DNA from: Planctomycetota bacterium
GTDB taxonomy: Bacteria; Planctomycetota; UBA1135; UBA2386
Length of the DNA: 64,000 bases
Assembly: GCA_965228735.1 (NCBI GenBank)
Contig: OZ245838.1
Coordinates: 4,064,001 to 4,128,000, forward strand
Direction of reading: 5' to 3'
Made by a program: the position numbers and the translations under genes
Part shown: positions 1-8,718 of the stretch, piece after piece
Layout: the number at the start of each line of letters is the position of its first letter
Numbering within the stretch: position 1 is the stretch's first letter
Notes under the pieces: model-generated
The model's input: the letters and a program-made list of their open reading frames with translations, nothing else
What the model was told of the DNA's origin: nothing
Databases searched by the model: none

Positions 1-1
1 C

Positions 2-1222
2 GGCAACGGCCAGAGCTGGGGCACGGCCTACGACTCCCTGCAAACGGCGCTCGCCGGCGCCGGCGCGGGTCAGGCCATCTGGGTCGCGGCCGGGACGTAT
101 CCGGGCGGCTTCGTCGTGCCGGCGAACGTGACCGTGCTCGGCGGCTTCGCGGCCGGCATGCGACGCGCCCACCAGGCGCGCCCGACCGAGCAGGTGACGG
201 TCCTGACCGGCGGCGGAACGCAGCGCGTGGTGCAGCTCGGCGACGGCGCGGTCCTCGACGGCTTCCTCGTGCGCGACGGCAACGCGGCGTTCCCCGGCGG
301 TGGCGGCGCGCTGATCGACGGCGTCGCGGCGACGATCCGGCGGTGCGAGTTCACGGCGAACACCAACTCGGGCGGCCGCGGCGCGGCGCTGACCGTCAGG
401 AACGGCGGCGACGCGACGGTCACGGACTCGGTCTTCCACCACAACTCGGCGAGCGGTCACACGATCGACATCGCAACGCAAGGGCGCGGCACGTTCACCC
501 ATCTGACCGTCGTGGACAATCCGCACAACGGACTCCACATGCAGCAGCTGACGGTCTGCACGATCCGCGACTCGATCTTCGCGCGCAACGCCGGCCGCGG
601 CATCTGCGACGTGATGCAGGGCAACCAGCCGACCGTCGAGAACAACCTGTTCTGGGCGAACGTCGTGTCCGCGATGCACGTCGTCGGCAACGAGCTGCAC
701 ACCGCGAACGCGATCAACGCGCTGAGCTACGCGAGCGGCAACATCATCGCCGATCCGCAGTTCGCGGGCGCAAGCGACTACCGGTTGCAGGCCAGTTCCC
801 CCGCGATCGACCTCGGCGTGGCGGGGCTCCCGACGCGCCTCGACCTCGGTGGCTTCCCGCGCGCGACGGACGGCGATCTCGACGGCACGCTCCGCACCGA
901 CGCGGGCGCGCACGAGTTCGACGGTTGCGTGCTCACGATGACCGGCCAGGCCACCGGCGGCAGCACGATCACCCTGGATCTCCAGGCCGCGCCCGCGTTC
1001 GGCGGCATCGCGATGCTGTTCCCCGGCCCGACGACGACCGTCGCGCCGTTCGGCACGCTCTACGGCACGTCACCGATCGTCGCGATCCTCGGCTTCCTGC
1101 CCGGCACCCTGCCCGTCGCGCTGCCGCCGGGCCTCATCGCGGACGTCGTGTTCCAGGGGTTCTGCCTCAGCCCGAACTCGACCGGGAACCTGAGCAACCC
1201 GCTGGCGCTCGCGATTCAATAG
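2..1222 (+). CDS. Secreted right-handed beta-helix repeat protein (5' partial) with choice-of-anchor-Q-like region and C-terminal beta domain
   Basis: Frame is open from base 2 (GNGQSWGTAYDSLQTALA...IWVAAGTY, a typical start of a beta-helix domain). Also N/G-rich repeats, DPQF...DYRLQASSPAIDLG and D-x-GAHE motifs. Confidence 0.7.
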   Translation, partial: GNGQSWGTAYDSLQTALAGAGAGQAIWVAAGTYPGGFVVPANVTVLGGFAAGMRRAHQARPTEQVTVLTGGGTQRVVQLGDGAVLDGFLVRDGNAAFPGGGGALIDGVAATIRRCEFTANTNSGGRGAALTVRNGGDATVTDSVFHHNSASGHTIDIATQGRGTFTHLTVVDNPHNGLHMQQLTVCTIRDSIFARNAGRGICDVMQGNQPTVENNLFWANVVSAMHVVGNELHTANAINALSYASGNIIADPQFAGASDYRLQASSPAIDLGVAGLPTRLDLGGFPRATDGDLDGTLRTDAGAHEFDGCVLTMTGQATGGSTITLDLQAAPAFGGIAMLFPGPTTTVAPFGTLYGTSPIVAILGFLPGTLPVALPPGLIADVVFQGFCLSPNSTGNLSNPLALAIQ

Positions 1223-1227
1223 CGCGC

Positions 1228-2115
1228 GTGCCTGGCGCCGCGATCGAGATCCTGACGCCCGAGCCGTACGAATTGCGGCTCGGACTCTTTGGCCACGGTT
1301 GGATCGAGCTGCCGCCGAACGGTTTCGACGACGAGACCGAGACGTGGACGACCGCGCTGCGGCTCGACGACCGCACGTATCGCGCCGAGGTCCGGGCCGC
1401 GCGACCGGGCGCGCTCACGTTGCGCGTGCACGGCGACGCGCGCCCCGGCAAGCGCGTTCTCGCAGCCGCGGCGCAGACCATCCGGCACATGCTGCGCCTC
1501 GATGACGACCTCACGGAACTGTGGGCCGCGTGCCGCCGCGAACCGCGCCTGCACTGGGCCGGGCGCCGCGGCGCGGGCCGACTGCTGCGCTCCGCGTCGG
1601 TGTTCGAAGACCTGATGAAGCTGCTGTTCACGACCAACACGACGTGGGCCGGCACCGTGACGATGACCCGCAAGCTCGTCGAGCACTGCGGCACGGAAGG
1701 CGCCGGCGTGCGCGCGTTCCCCACGCCACGCGAATGCGTCCGGTCCGAGGCGTTCTACCGCGACACGATCCGCACCGGCTACCGCGCCGCGGCCGCCGTC
1801 GCGCTGGCGCGCGGCTTCGAGTCCGGCGAACTCACGGATGAGCTGTTCCTGCACGAGCCCGACACCGACACGTTGCGCGATCGCCTGCTCGCGTTGCGCG
1901 GCTTCGGCCCGTACGCCGCGGGTCAGGCGCTCCGTCTGTTGGGCCACTACGGCGACCTCGCGCTCGACAGCTGGTGCCGCGCCCGCATCGCCCAGCTGCT
2001 CGGACGCAAGAAGCCGCCGACCGATCGCGGCATCGCGCGCCGCTACGCCACGTTCCGCCCGTTCCAGGGCCTCGCGATGTGGCTCGACCTCACGGCCGAA
2101 TGGCACGGCGAATGA
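1228..2115 (+). CDS. HhH-GPD superfamily DNA glycosylase (AlkA/OGG1-like)
   Basis: C-terminal part of ORF 343..2115, with a GTG at 1228 just after the previous stop. Motifs LLRSASVFEDLMK, GYRA, HhH LRGFGPYAA and catalytic-like LALDSW. Confidence 0.75.
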   Translation: MPGAAIEILTPEPYELRLGLFGHGWIELPPNGFDDETETWTTALRLDDRTYRAEVRAARPGALTLRVHGDARPGKRVLAAAAQTIRHMLRLDDDLTELWAACRREPRLHWAGRRGAGRLLRSASVFEDLMKLLFTTNTTWAGTVTMTRKLVEHCGTEGAGVRAFPTPRECVRSEAFYRDTIRTGYRAAAAVALARGFESGELTDELFLHEPDTDTLRDRLLALRGFGPYAAGQALRLLGHYGDLALDSWCRARIAQLLGRKKPPTDRGIARRYATFRPFQGLAMWLDLTAEWHGE

Positions 2116-2230
2116 TGGCGGTACGGAACCCGCTTCGAATCCGCCACCCCGCCCTCGCCGATAACGACGGATCTGACGGTGGTTGCGGCGGTCGGCGGGT
2201 GGCGGAATCGAAACGGGTTCGGTACGGCCA
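2116..2230. repeat. Long imperfect inverted repeat (about 36-bp arms) between convergent genes; possible bidirectional terminator or REP-like element
   Basis: TGGCGGTACGGAACCCGCTTCGAATCCGCCACCC at 2116 pairs with GGGTGGCGGAATCGAAACGGGTTCGGTACGGCCA ending at 2230, with 4 mismatches. Confidence 0.75.
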
Positions 2231-2239
2231 CGGTCGGGG

Positions 2240-3034
2240 TCAGGACACCAGTTCGCCGCGCATTACCGTGACGGCGGCGCCGCGCAGGAGCACGCGGTCC
2301 TCGATGAGCTCGACGCCGACCTCACCCCCGCGGGCCGAGGCCTGGTAGCCACGCATGCGAGTCTTGCCGAGCTTCTCGCTCCAGTAGGGCGCGAGGGCGC
2401 AGTGGGCCGAGCCCGTGACCGGGTCCTCGTCGACGCCGACGGCCGGGCCGAAGAAGCGCGAGACGAAGTCGAACTTCTTGGCCGTCGCACGCGCGGTGAC
2501 GATCAGGCCGCGGCCGCCGAGCCGGGCGACCTCGCGGAAGTCCGGCGCGTAGTTCACGACCTGGGCCTCGCTGCCGACCTCGACGAGCAGGTCCTCGCCG
2601 GCTTCGACGACGTTGCGCGGCGCGCGACCGAGCGCCTTCTTCAGCGCCGCGGTCGGCTTCTTGCTGCGCAGGGCCTGGGACGGGAAGTCGAGCACGATCT
2701 GGCGACCGTCGGGCGCCGCGGTGAGCACACCGCTCTTCGTGCGGAACTCGAGCAGCCGGTCGGGCGGTGCCACGCCCTCGGAATAGAGCACGTAGGCGGC
2801 CGCGAGCGTCGCATGGCCACAGAGCGCGACCTCGACCGTCGGCGTGAACCAGCGCAACGAGAACCCGCGCTTGGTCGGGCACACGAAGGCGGTCTCCGAG
2901 AGGTTCATCTCCGCGGCGATCGATTGCATCCACCGCGCCGGTTTGGAGTCGGCGAGCAGGCAGACCGCGGCGGGATTGCCGCCGAACGGTCGCGCGGTGA
3001 AGGCGTCGACGTGAAAGCATGGGACGGTCGTCAT
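2240..3034 (-). CDS. PhzF family isomerase/epimerase
   Basis: VDAFT...GGNPAAV, EMNLSETAF, LRWFTP..EVALCGHATLA, EDPVTGSAHC. Start set at MTTVP (3034). Confidence 0.93.
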   Translation of the reverse strand: MTTVPCFHVDAFTARPFGGNPAAVCLLADSKPARWMQSIAAEMNLSETAFVCPTKRGFSLRWFTPTVEVALCGHATLAAAYVLYSEGVAPPDRLLEFRTKSGVLTAAPDGRQIVLDFPSQALRSKKPTAALKKALGRAPRNVVEAGEDLLVEVGSEAQVVNYAPDFREVARLGGRGLIVTARATAKKFDFVSRFFGPAVGVDEDPVTGSAHCALAPYWSEKLGKTRMRGYQASARGGEVGVELIEDRVLLRGAAVTVMRGELVS

Positions 3035-3057
3035 TGCGCATGTTGTAGCATGCGAGC

Positions 3058-3624
3058 GTGCGTTGTTTCGTCGCTCTCGATCTGCCACGGCCCGTGTGCA
3101 ACTACCTCGCGAGGACCGCGCGTGAATCGCTGACCAAGGGCACGATCAAGTTCGTGCCGCCGACCCAGTTGCACGTCACGCTCGTTTTCGCGGGCGACAT
3201 CGACGTGGATACGGCCCGCGCCCTCGAGGACGCCATCACGGCAGCGGACCTCGCGCCGATCGAGCTCCGCCTCGACGGCCTCGGGCGATTCCCGGCCAAG
3301 GGCGAGCCACGCGTGATCTGGGCCGGCCTCGCCGGCAGCGGCGTCGAACCGCTGCACCGGCTCCAGCGCGAACTCGCGGACTGGGCCGGCGCGGCCGGCA
3401 TCGAGCCCGACGACCGCCCGTTCTCGCCGCATGTCACGCTCGGCCGCGTGAAGAGCGCGTTCGGCGCCTACGCGGTCGTCGACGAACTCGAGAAGGTCGG
3501 CGAGACGCTGCGGGACAAGCCGTTTACCGCGACCGCGCTCACGCTCTACGAGAGTGAACTGCAGCCGGGCGGCCCGATCTACCGGCCGCGGTTGCGGCGC
3601 GAACTGCCGGGCGTCGACGGCTGA
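3058..3624 (+). CDS. thpR: RNA 2',3'-cyclic phosphodiesterase (2H phosphoesterase, LigT family)
   Basis: MRCFVALDL start, two HxT motifs (LHVTL, FSPHVTLGR), PRVIWAG, LYESEL...GPIY. Confidence 0.92.
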   Translation: MRCFVALDLPRPVCNYLARTARESLTKGTIKFVPPTQLHVTLVFAGDIDVDTARALEDAITAADLAPIELRLDGLGRFPAKGEPRVIWAGLAGSGVEPLHRLQRELADWAGAAGIEPDDRPFSPHVTLGRVKSAFGAYAVVDELEKVGETLRDKPFTATALTLYESELQPGGPIYRPRLRRELPGVDG

Positions 3625-3630
3625 TCCCGG

Positions 3631-4941
3631 TCAGCGTCGCCGGGGCGCTCGGCCCTTGGGCGCGAACAGGACGAACCACGTGCTGAGGGCGGCGGTGAGC
3701 CGCAGTCCTTGGATCCAGTTGATGTACGGCACGAGCGCATCCTTGTCGTCCGGCCCCGCGGCCACGAGTTCCGCGAAGCGCGCTTCGACGGCGAACGCCC
3801 ACCAGACCCAACCGACGAACAACGCCGCCGCAACGAACTGCATGACCCGCCGCCCCCAACCGGGCTGGAACAGACCGATCCCGGCGATGGGCAGCAACAA
3901 CAGCCACCAGAACAGCCAGCCGCCACGGGACCAGATGGCGAGCGGACCGAACAACGCGAACCCGCTCACGGTCAGCGCGCCGGCCAGGCCGAGCCCGAGC
4001 AGCACCGCGTCGAGACGGCTGCGCGGATCGAGCGCGTGCCGCCCGAGCGGGTGCAGCAGGAGCAGCAGGTTGAAGAACGGCGTCGCGCACGCCGTGAACA
4101 ACACGAAGAACAGCCACGCGTAGCTCACCACCTCACCGGCTGTCTGGTAGCCGCCATCGCGCAAGGCCTGGCCGCCGAAGCGCGCGACGAGCCACACGCC
4201 GACGAGGATCTGGATCTGCCGCCCGCGCGGAAACCGGTTGAGCCACAGGAACCACCCGAGCACGAGCCGATAGAGCGGGTTCTTCGCCTTGAGGGCTTCG
4301 GCGAGACCCTGCCGCGACGAGGCCAGCGTCGGGTCACGCCTCAGCGCTTCCTGGAAGTGTTGCAGCGCGCCGTCGACGTCCTTCTGCTGCAGCAGCGCGA
4401 ATCCGCGCGCCTGATGCGTGTACGGATTGTCGGGGTCGCGCATCAACGAGGCATCGAGCGTGTCCGACGCCTCGTTGCCGCGCCCCATGTTGGTGAGCGC
4501 GACCGACCGCAGGTTGAGACAGTCCGAGTCCTCCGGGTCGATCGCGAGCCCGGCCTCTGCAGCGGCGAGCGCGTCCGACCACTTCCGCCCCGACAAGTGG
4601 ATCTGCGCGGCGATGCGGTGCCCGCCCACGTCCTCCGGGTCGATCGCGATCGCGTGAGTGATGGCCGCCGTGGCCTCGTCGAGGCTGCCGCGCTCGTGAT
4701 GCACGAGCGCGAGAGCGTGATGCGTGATCGGCTCGTCCGGCGCGAGCCCGACCGCGGTGCGGGCCGATTCGAGGGCGCGGTCGACCTCCCCGAGCGCGCT
4801 CTGCGCGAGCGCGATGAACGCGTGGGCCACACCGTTCTCGGGCACCTCGACGAGGTGCGCGCGGAACTGCTCGATGCACAGCTCCCAACGTTGCTGCTGA
4901 TACAGCAGCGCGCCGCGCTGGAACGTCGCTTCGGCCGTCAT
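3631..4941 (-). CDS. TPR repeat protein with C-terminal multi-pass membrane domain
   Basis: About 6 TPR-like repeats (A..LAPD, AIAIDPED, ALRRDP) followed by about 6 hydrophobic segments. ATGA overlap with the upstream gene. Confidence 0.85.
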   Translation of the reverse strand: MTAEATFQRGALLYQQQRWELCIEQFRAHLVEVPENGVAHAFIALAQSALGEVDRALESARTAVGLAPDEPITHHALALVHHERGSLDEATAAITHAIAIDPEDVGGHRIAAQIHLSGRKWSDALAAAEAGLAIDPEDSDCLNLRSVALTNMGRGNEASDTLDASLMRDPDNPYTHQARGFALLQQKDVDGALQHFQEALRRDPTLASSRQGLAEALKAKNPLYRLVLGWFLWLNRFPRGRQIQILVGVWLVARFGGQALRDGGYQTAGEVVSYAWLFFVLFTACATPFFNLLLLLHPLGRHALDPRSRLDAVLLGLGLAGALTVSGFALFGPLAIWSRGGWLFWWLLLLPIAGIGLFQPGWGRRVMQFVAAALFVGWVWWAFAVEARFAELVAAGPDDKDALVPYINWIQGLRLTAALSTWFVLFAPKGRAPRRR

Positions 4942-6122
4942 TGCCGTTTCCCGCCATCGAACCAGCCGAGAACCGCGGCGGCCGAGTGCGAAGCCTTACC
5001 GACGAGCTCACGAACGCCGCCCGACCCTTGCCGAAGCTGGACCTCGCGAACGCCGGGTGAGAGGGCGAAGCGGACGACGACGATCATGAACAGAGTGACG
5101 ATAACGCCGTACATCACCGGGCACAGGTCGGCCCCGAACGGCGTCAGCTGAGCCAAGGTCAGAAGCGCCGCAACGACCGCCGTCACCACCGTTGCACCGC
5201 GCAGAAACCACTCGCTCGAGGGCACGACCACGCGTGCGAGGTCGTGGCGAAACACGAGCCAATCCTGCGCAATCCTCGTCCCGGAGAACGAGAGAATCAC
5301 GAGAACGGGTAGGCCCGAGAAGTTCATCAAGCCGGCCTCGACCAACTTGGCGCCACTCATCCAGATCGCCATGATCAGCCCAACGCACCAGGCATCCGGC
5401 AAGGCCGCCCTCTGGCGCGCCCGTTGCCGAATCGCCTCGGCGAGGCTCTCGCGCGTCCACTCGTCGTTCGGATCCGCCGCGAGCGCAGTTCGGAACCAAC
5501 GCTCGGCAACCGCTGGCCGGTCTTGGCGCAGCGCGGCGTCCGCGACGCGACGGTGGACCGCGAGGGAATCGGGCGCAAGTCGCAGCGCTGCCCTCACGAC
5601 CTTGTCCGCCGCACCATGCCGTTCGAGCGCCCGGAGAAGATCGATCTTCTCGACGCGGAACGACACGTTCTCGGGGTCCATCGCGAGCGCCACGTCGATC
5701 TCCGCCAGGCCTTCACCGGGCCGGTCCAGCGCATCGAGCAATTCGGCCTTGATCGCGTGCATGTAGGCGCTCTCTGGCCAGAGCTCGATCGCGCGATCGA
5801 AACACGCGACCGCGCTCTCGGCATCACCGTCGGACCACAGCACGATCCCGCGCGTGTAGTTCGCCCACGCGCTCTCGGGATCGATCACGAGCGCGCGCTC
5901 GGACGTCGCCCGCGCCGCGTCGTGGTCGTCCAACCGAGACTGGACGAAGGCCAGGATAGTGAGGCCATGCACCGAGTCCGGATGCGCGGCCAGGCCGCGC
6001 AACGCGAGCGCCGCAGCTTCGCGATACCGACCGAGTTCGCTGAGCTGGAACGCCCGATCGAAGTCCGCCTCTGCGGCGTCGTTGTCACCCTCGGCCGCAG
6101 GCACCAGGCCGCCTGCGCTCAC
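4938..6122 (-). CDS. TPR repeat protein with C-terminal membrane segments (paralog)
   Basis: TPR repeats (ALVIDPES, AIELWPES, ALAMDPEN, ALRLAPDS, ALAADPND) and about 4 TM segments. GTG start at 6122 overlaps the upstream TGA (GTGA). Confidence 0.8.
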   Translation of the reverse strand: MSAGGLVPAAEGDNDAAEADFDRAFQLSELGRYREAAALALRGLAAHPDSVHGLTILAFVQSRLDDHDAARATSERALVIDPESAWANYTRGIVLWSDGDAESAVACFDRAIELWPESAYMHAIKAELLDALDRPGEGLAEIDVALAMDPENVSFRVEKIDLLRALERHGAADKVVRAALRLAPDSLAVHRRVADAALRQDRPAVAERWFRTALAADPNDEWTRESLAEAIRQRARQRAALPDAWCVGLIMAIWMSGAKLVEAGLMNFSGLPVLVILSFSGTRIAQDWLVFRHDLARVVVPSSEWFLRGATVVTAVVAALLTLAQLTPFGADLCPVMYGVIVTLFMIVVVRFALSPGVREVQLRQGSGGVRELVGKASHSAAAVLGWFDGGKRQ

Positions 6123-7291
6123 CGGAACACGCCCTTCCAGATCGAGAACATCACGATCGTGATGCCGACCGTGATCCACGCGCCGCGCGTCTTACGGCGA
6201 TCATCCTCACCGCCGACACCGACGACCATTCCGCCGATCGCGAGAACCACGGTCATCGTCGTCGCCGCGACGGCGACGCTGCGAGCGCGAGGGATTGGCT
6301 CCGCACCGAGCGCCATCGTGACCGCGCCGCTGCCCCCAACGATCACGTAGGCCGCGATCGCCGCCGCGATGACCTTCTGATAGCCGTACAGCGCGTGGCG
6401 GCCGATCGGGTGCGCGAGCAGCAGAACGTCGGAGAGCGCCGTCGGGACCAGCAACGCCGCCATCACGAGCGCCCGATGGAACGAATCCTCGAACAGCCCG
6501 AGCCCCGCGAGCGCGATCATCGTCACCGCAAAGACCAGCCATGGGGAACCCGAGCGAACCTGCCGCGCCACCCAGAGCCGCAGCGCCAGGAACGGCCGAT
6601 ACAGCCGGTTCTGCGCGCGCAGCGCATCGATGAGTCCTTCGCGCGCTTGCGAGTCCGCGTGGTCCATGCCGAGCGCAGCCTGGAACAACTCCATCGCGCG
6701 TTCGGCGTCGCCACCCCGCAACGCGGCGCTGCCCGCGCGCCGGTGGACACCACGCGCGCCGGGATCGAGCCGCAAGACCTCGGCCACGACCTCGTCGGCG
6801 GCAGCGTCGCGCCCGAGCTCCTGCAGCAGATCGATGCGCACGAGCCGGTACTCCACGCTCTCGGGTTCGAGACGCAGCGCGACCTGCACCGGTTCGAGCC
6901 CCGCCTTGGGGCGGCCTGCTGCCCCGAGGAGCTCGGCCTTCAGAGCGTGAAAGTCAGCGTGCTCCGGCAGGATCGCGATCGCGCGATCGATGCTCTCGAC
7001 CGCCGCGTCGAGATCGCCCTTGGCCCACAACACGCTGCAGTGCGTGCTGTGCGACCACGGGTCATCGGGCGCCAGTCCGAGCGCGCGCCGGCTCGTCGCG
7101 AGCGCGCTCTGCACGTCGTTCTGCCGCGCCTGCGAGAACGCCAGCAAGTTGAGCGCCGGCACATTGTCCGCATCGATCGCGAGCGCCTGCATCGCCGCCT
7201 CCGCCGCCGCCTGGTCCCGGCCCATCCGGCTCAGCTCTTCCGCCTTCTGCAGGAACGCGCCCAGCGGCTCGCGGTGGCCGCCAGCACTCAC
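6119..7291 (-). CDS. TPR repeat protein with C-terminal membrane segments (paralog)
   Basis: C-terminal part of ORF 6119..7900. GTG at 7291 overlaps the AAA stop (GTGA). TPR repeats (ALGLAPDD, AIAILPEH, ALRLEPES) then about 4 TM segments. Confidence 0.8.
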   Translation of the reverse strand: MSAGGHREPLGAFLQKAEELSRMGRDQAAAEAAMQALAIDADNVPALNLLAFSQARQNDVQSALATSRRALGLAPDDPWSHSTHCSVLWAKGDLDAAVESIDRAIAILPEHADFHALKAELLGAAGRPKAGLEPVQVALRLEPESVEYRLVRIDLLQELGRDAAADEVVAEVLRLDPGARGVHRRAGSAALRGGDAERAMELFQAALGMDHADSQAREGLIDALRAQNRLYRPFLALRLWVARQVRSGSPWLVFAVTMIALAGLGLFEDSFHRALVMAALLVPTALSDVLLLAHPIGRHALYGYQKVIAAAIAAYVIVGGSGAVTMALGAEPIPRARSVAVAATTMTVVLAIGGMVVGVGGEDDRRKTRGAWITVGITIVMFSIWKGVFR

Positions 7292-8637
7292 AGCTTGAGG
7301 TAGTCCTTGAGGTCGTCGTAGAGACCCGCGTCGTTGGCGTAGAGCACGTAGTTCTTCGCCGTGGCGAACCACTCGCTCGTCGTCGGCTTCTGCGCCTTCG
7401 TGGCCTTGAGCAGGTCCTTGGTGACGAGCGGCTCGGGTACGCCGCTCTGAATCGCGTCGTCGAGCTTGGCCTCGATCGCGCGATCGACGACCGCCTTGAG
7501 ATCGGCGCCGGAGTAGCGGTCGGTCTTGGCGGCGACCGCCTCGAAATCGACGTCGCGCTGCGGTTTGCCGGCCATCATCAGGCGCAGGATCGCGACGCGC
7601 GCGGGCCGGTCCGGCGGCGGCACGAAGATCACGCGGTCGAAACGCCCCGGGCGGCGAAACGCGCTGTCCATGTGCCACGGCGCGTTGGTCGCCGCGAGCA
7701 CGAGCAGCCCCTCGTTGTCCGCCTGCATGCCGTCGAGCTCGGCGAGGAACTGGTTGATCGTCTGCCGCCCGGCGCTGTTCTTCATGTCGTTGCGGCTCGC
7801 GCCGAGCGCGTCCACCTCGTCGAAGAACAACACGCACGGCGTGTTCTGCCGCGCGGTCTCGAAGATCGAGTGCAGGTTGCGCTCGCTCTTCCCGATCCAC
7901 ATGTCGAGCACGTCGTGGATGCCGATCGCCAGGAAGCCCGCGTCGACCTCGCCGGCCGTCGCCTTCGCGAGGAACGTCTTGCCGCAGCCCGGCGGTCCGT
8001 ACATGAGGATCCCACCGCCGACCTTCTTGCCGTACGCCTGGTAGAGGTCAGGCCGCTGCAGCGGCAGCACGATCTTCTTGTTGATCTGATCCTTGAGCCC
8101 GTCGAGCCCGCCGACGTTGACGAACTTGACGTCCGAGCGAACCGGACGCAGCTTGCTCGGATCCGCGCTGTCGTCGTCGCCGCCGCCGGCCTGCCGCAGC
8201 ATGCCGTCGACGAGCTCGTCGTCCTCCGCCATGCCCTGGAGGCTCACGCCGAGCCGCTCGCCGAGCTCGTCGTCGACGAGCGACTCATCGGCCTCGATCG
8301 CTTTTCGATAGCTCCGCACCGCGCCGTCGACGTCGCCCTCCGCGAGCATGAGCCGCGCGAGCTCGACCCGGGCGCGGCCGCTGCCGTTCTGCACGAGCTG
8401 CTCGAGGACGACATGGGCGGCCGAGTTCTTGTTGCGAGCGCGGTAGGTCTTCGCGAGCAGCAGATGCCCGACCTCGGAATCCGGCACGATCTTGAGCAGC
8501 GCCAGCAGCTCCTTCTCCGCGTCCTCGTAGTGGCCGTAGGCGAACAACGTCTCCGCCAGGTGCTGGCGAAGGGGGCCATTGTCGGGGCTGGCTTCGAGCG
8601 CAGCCCGCAGCGAACGGATCGTGGCGTCGGCATCCAT
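7288..8637 (-). CDS. AAA+ ATPase (classic clade, Vps4/Cdc48-like) with N-terminal TPR domain
   Basis: Walker A GPPGCGKT, pore loop DMWIG, Walker B LFFDEVD, SRH ATNAPWHMDSAFRRPGRFD, and YSGADL. N-terminal TPR-like helices. Start set at MDADA (8637). Confidence 0.93.
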   Translation of the reverse strand: MDADATIRSLRAALEASPDNGPLRQHLAETLFAYGHYEDAEKELLALLKIVPDSEVGHLLLAKTYRARNKNSAAHVVLEQLVQNGSGRARVELARLMLAEGDVDGAVRSYRKAIEADESLVDDELGERLGVSLQGMAEDDELVDGMLRQAGGGDDDSADPSKLRPVRSDVKFVNVGGLDGLKDQINKKIVLPLQRPDLYQAYGKKVGGGILMYGPPGCGKTFLAKATAGEVDAGFLAIGIHDVLDMWIGKSERNLHSIFETARQNTPCVLFFDEVDALGASRNDMKNSAGRQTINQFLAELDGMQADNEGLLVLAATNAPWHMDSAFRRPGRFDRVIFVPPPDRPARVAILRLMMAGKPQRDVDFEAVAAKTDRYSGADLKAVVDRAIEAKLDDAIQSGVPEPLVTKDLLKATKAQKPTTSEWFATAKNYVLYANDAGLYDDLKDYLKL

Positions 8638-8648
8638 CGGGCGACGCA

Positions 8649-8677
8649 TTGAGCCACACGCACGGTTTCCACACAAT
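8649..8677 (+). promoter_or_regulatory. Possible sigma70-type promoter for the MBOAT gene
   Basis: TTGAGC-N17-CACAAT, about 40 nt upstream of the ATG at 8719. Confidence 0.3.
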
Positions 8678-8718
8678 GCCCTGGCCTCGCTGGTCTCGCG
8701 CGCGGCGCCGTACCGGCA

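Noticed and set aside
2128..2155. TTCGAATCC resembling a tRNA T-loop or att site
   Set aside because: No cloverleaf or acceptor stem can be built and no integrase is nearby. The inverted repeat explains the sequence.
2240..3034. Phenazine biosynthesis cluster
   Set aside because: A lone PhzF-family gene with no phzA/B/D/E/G; such stand-alone homologs are common.
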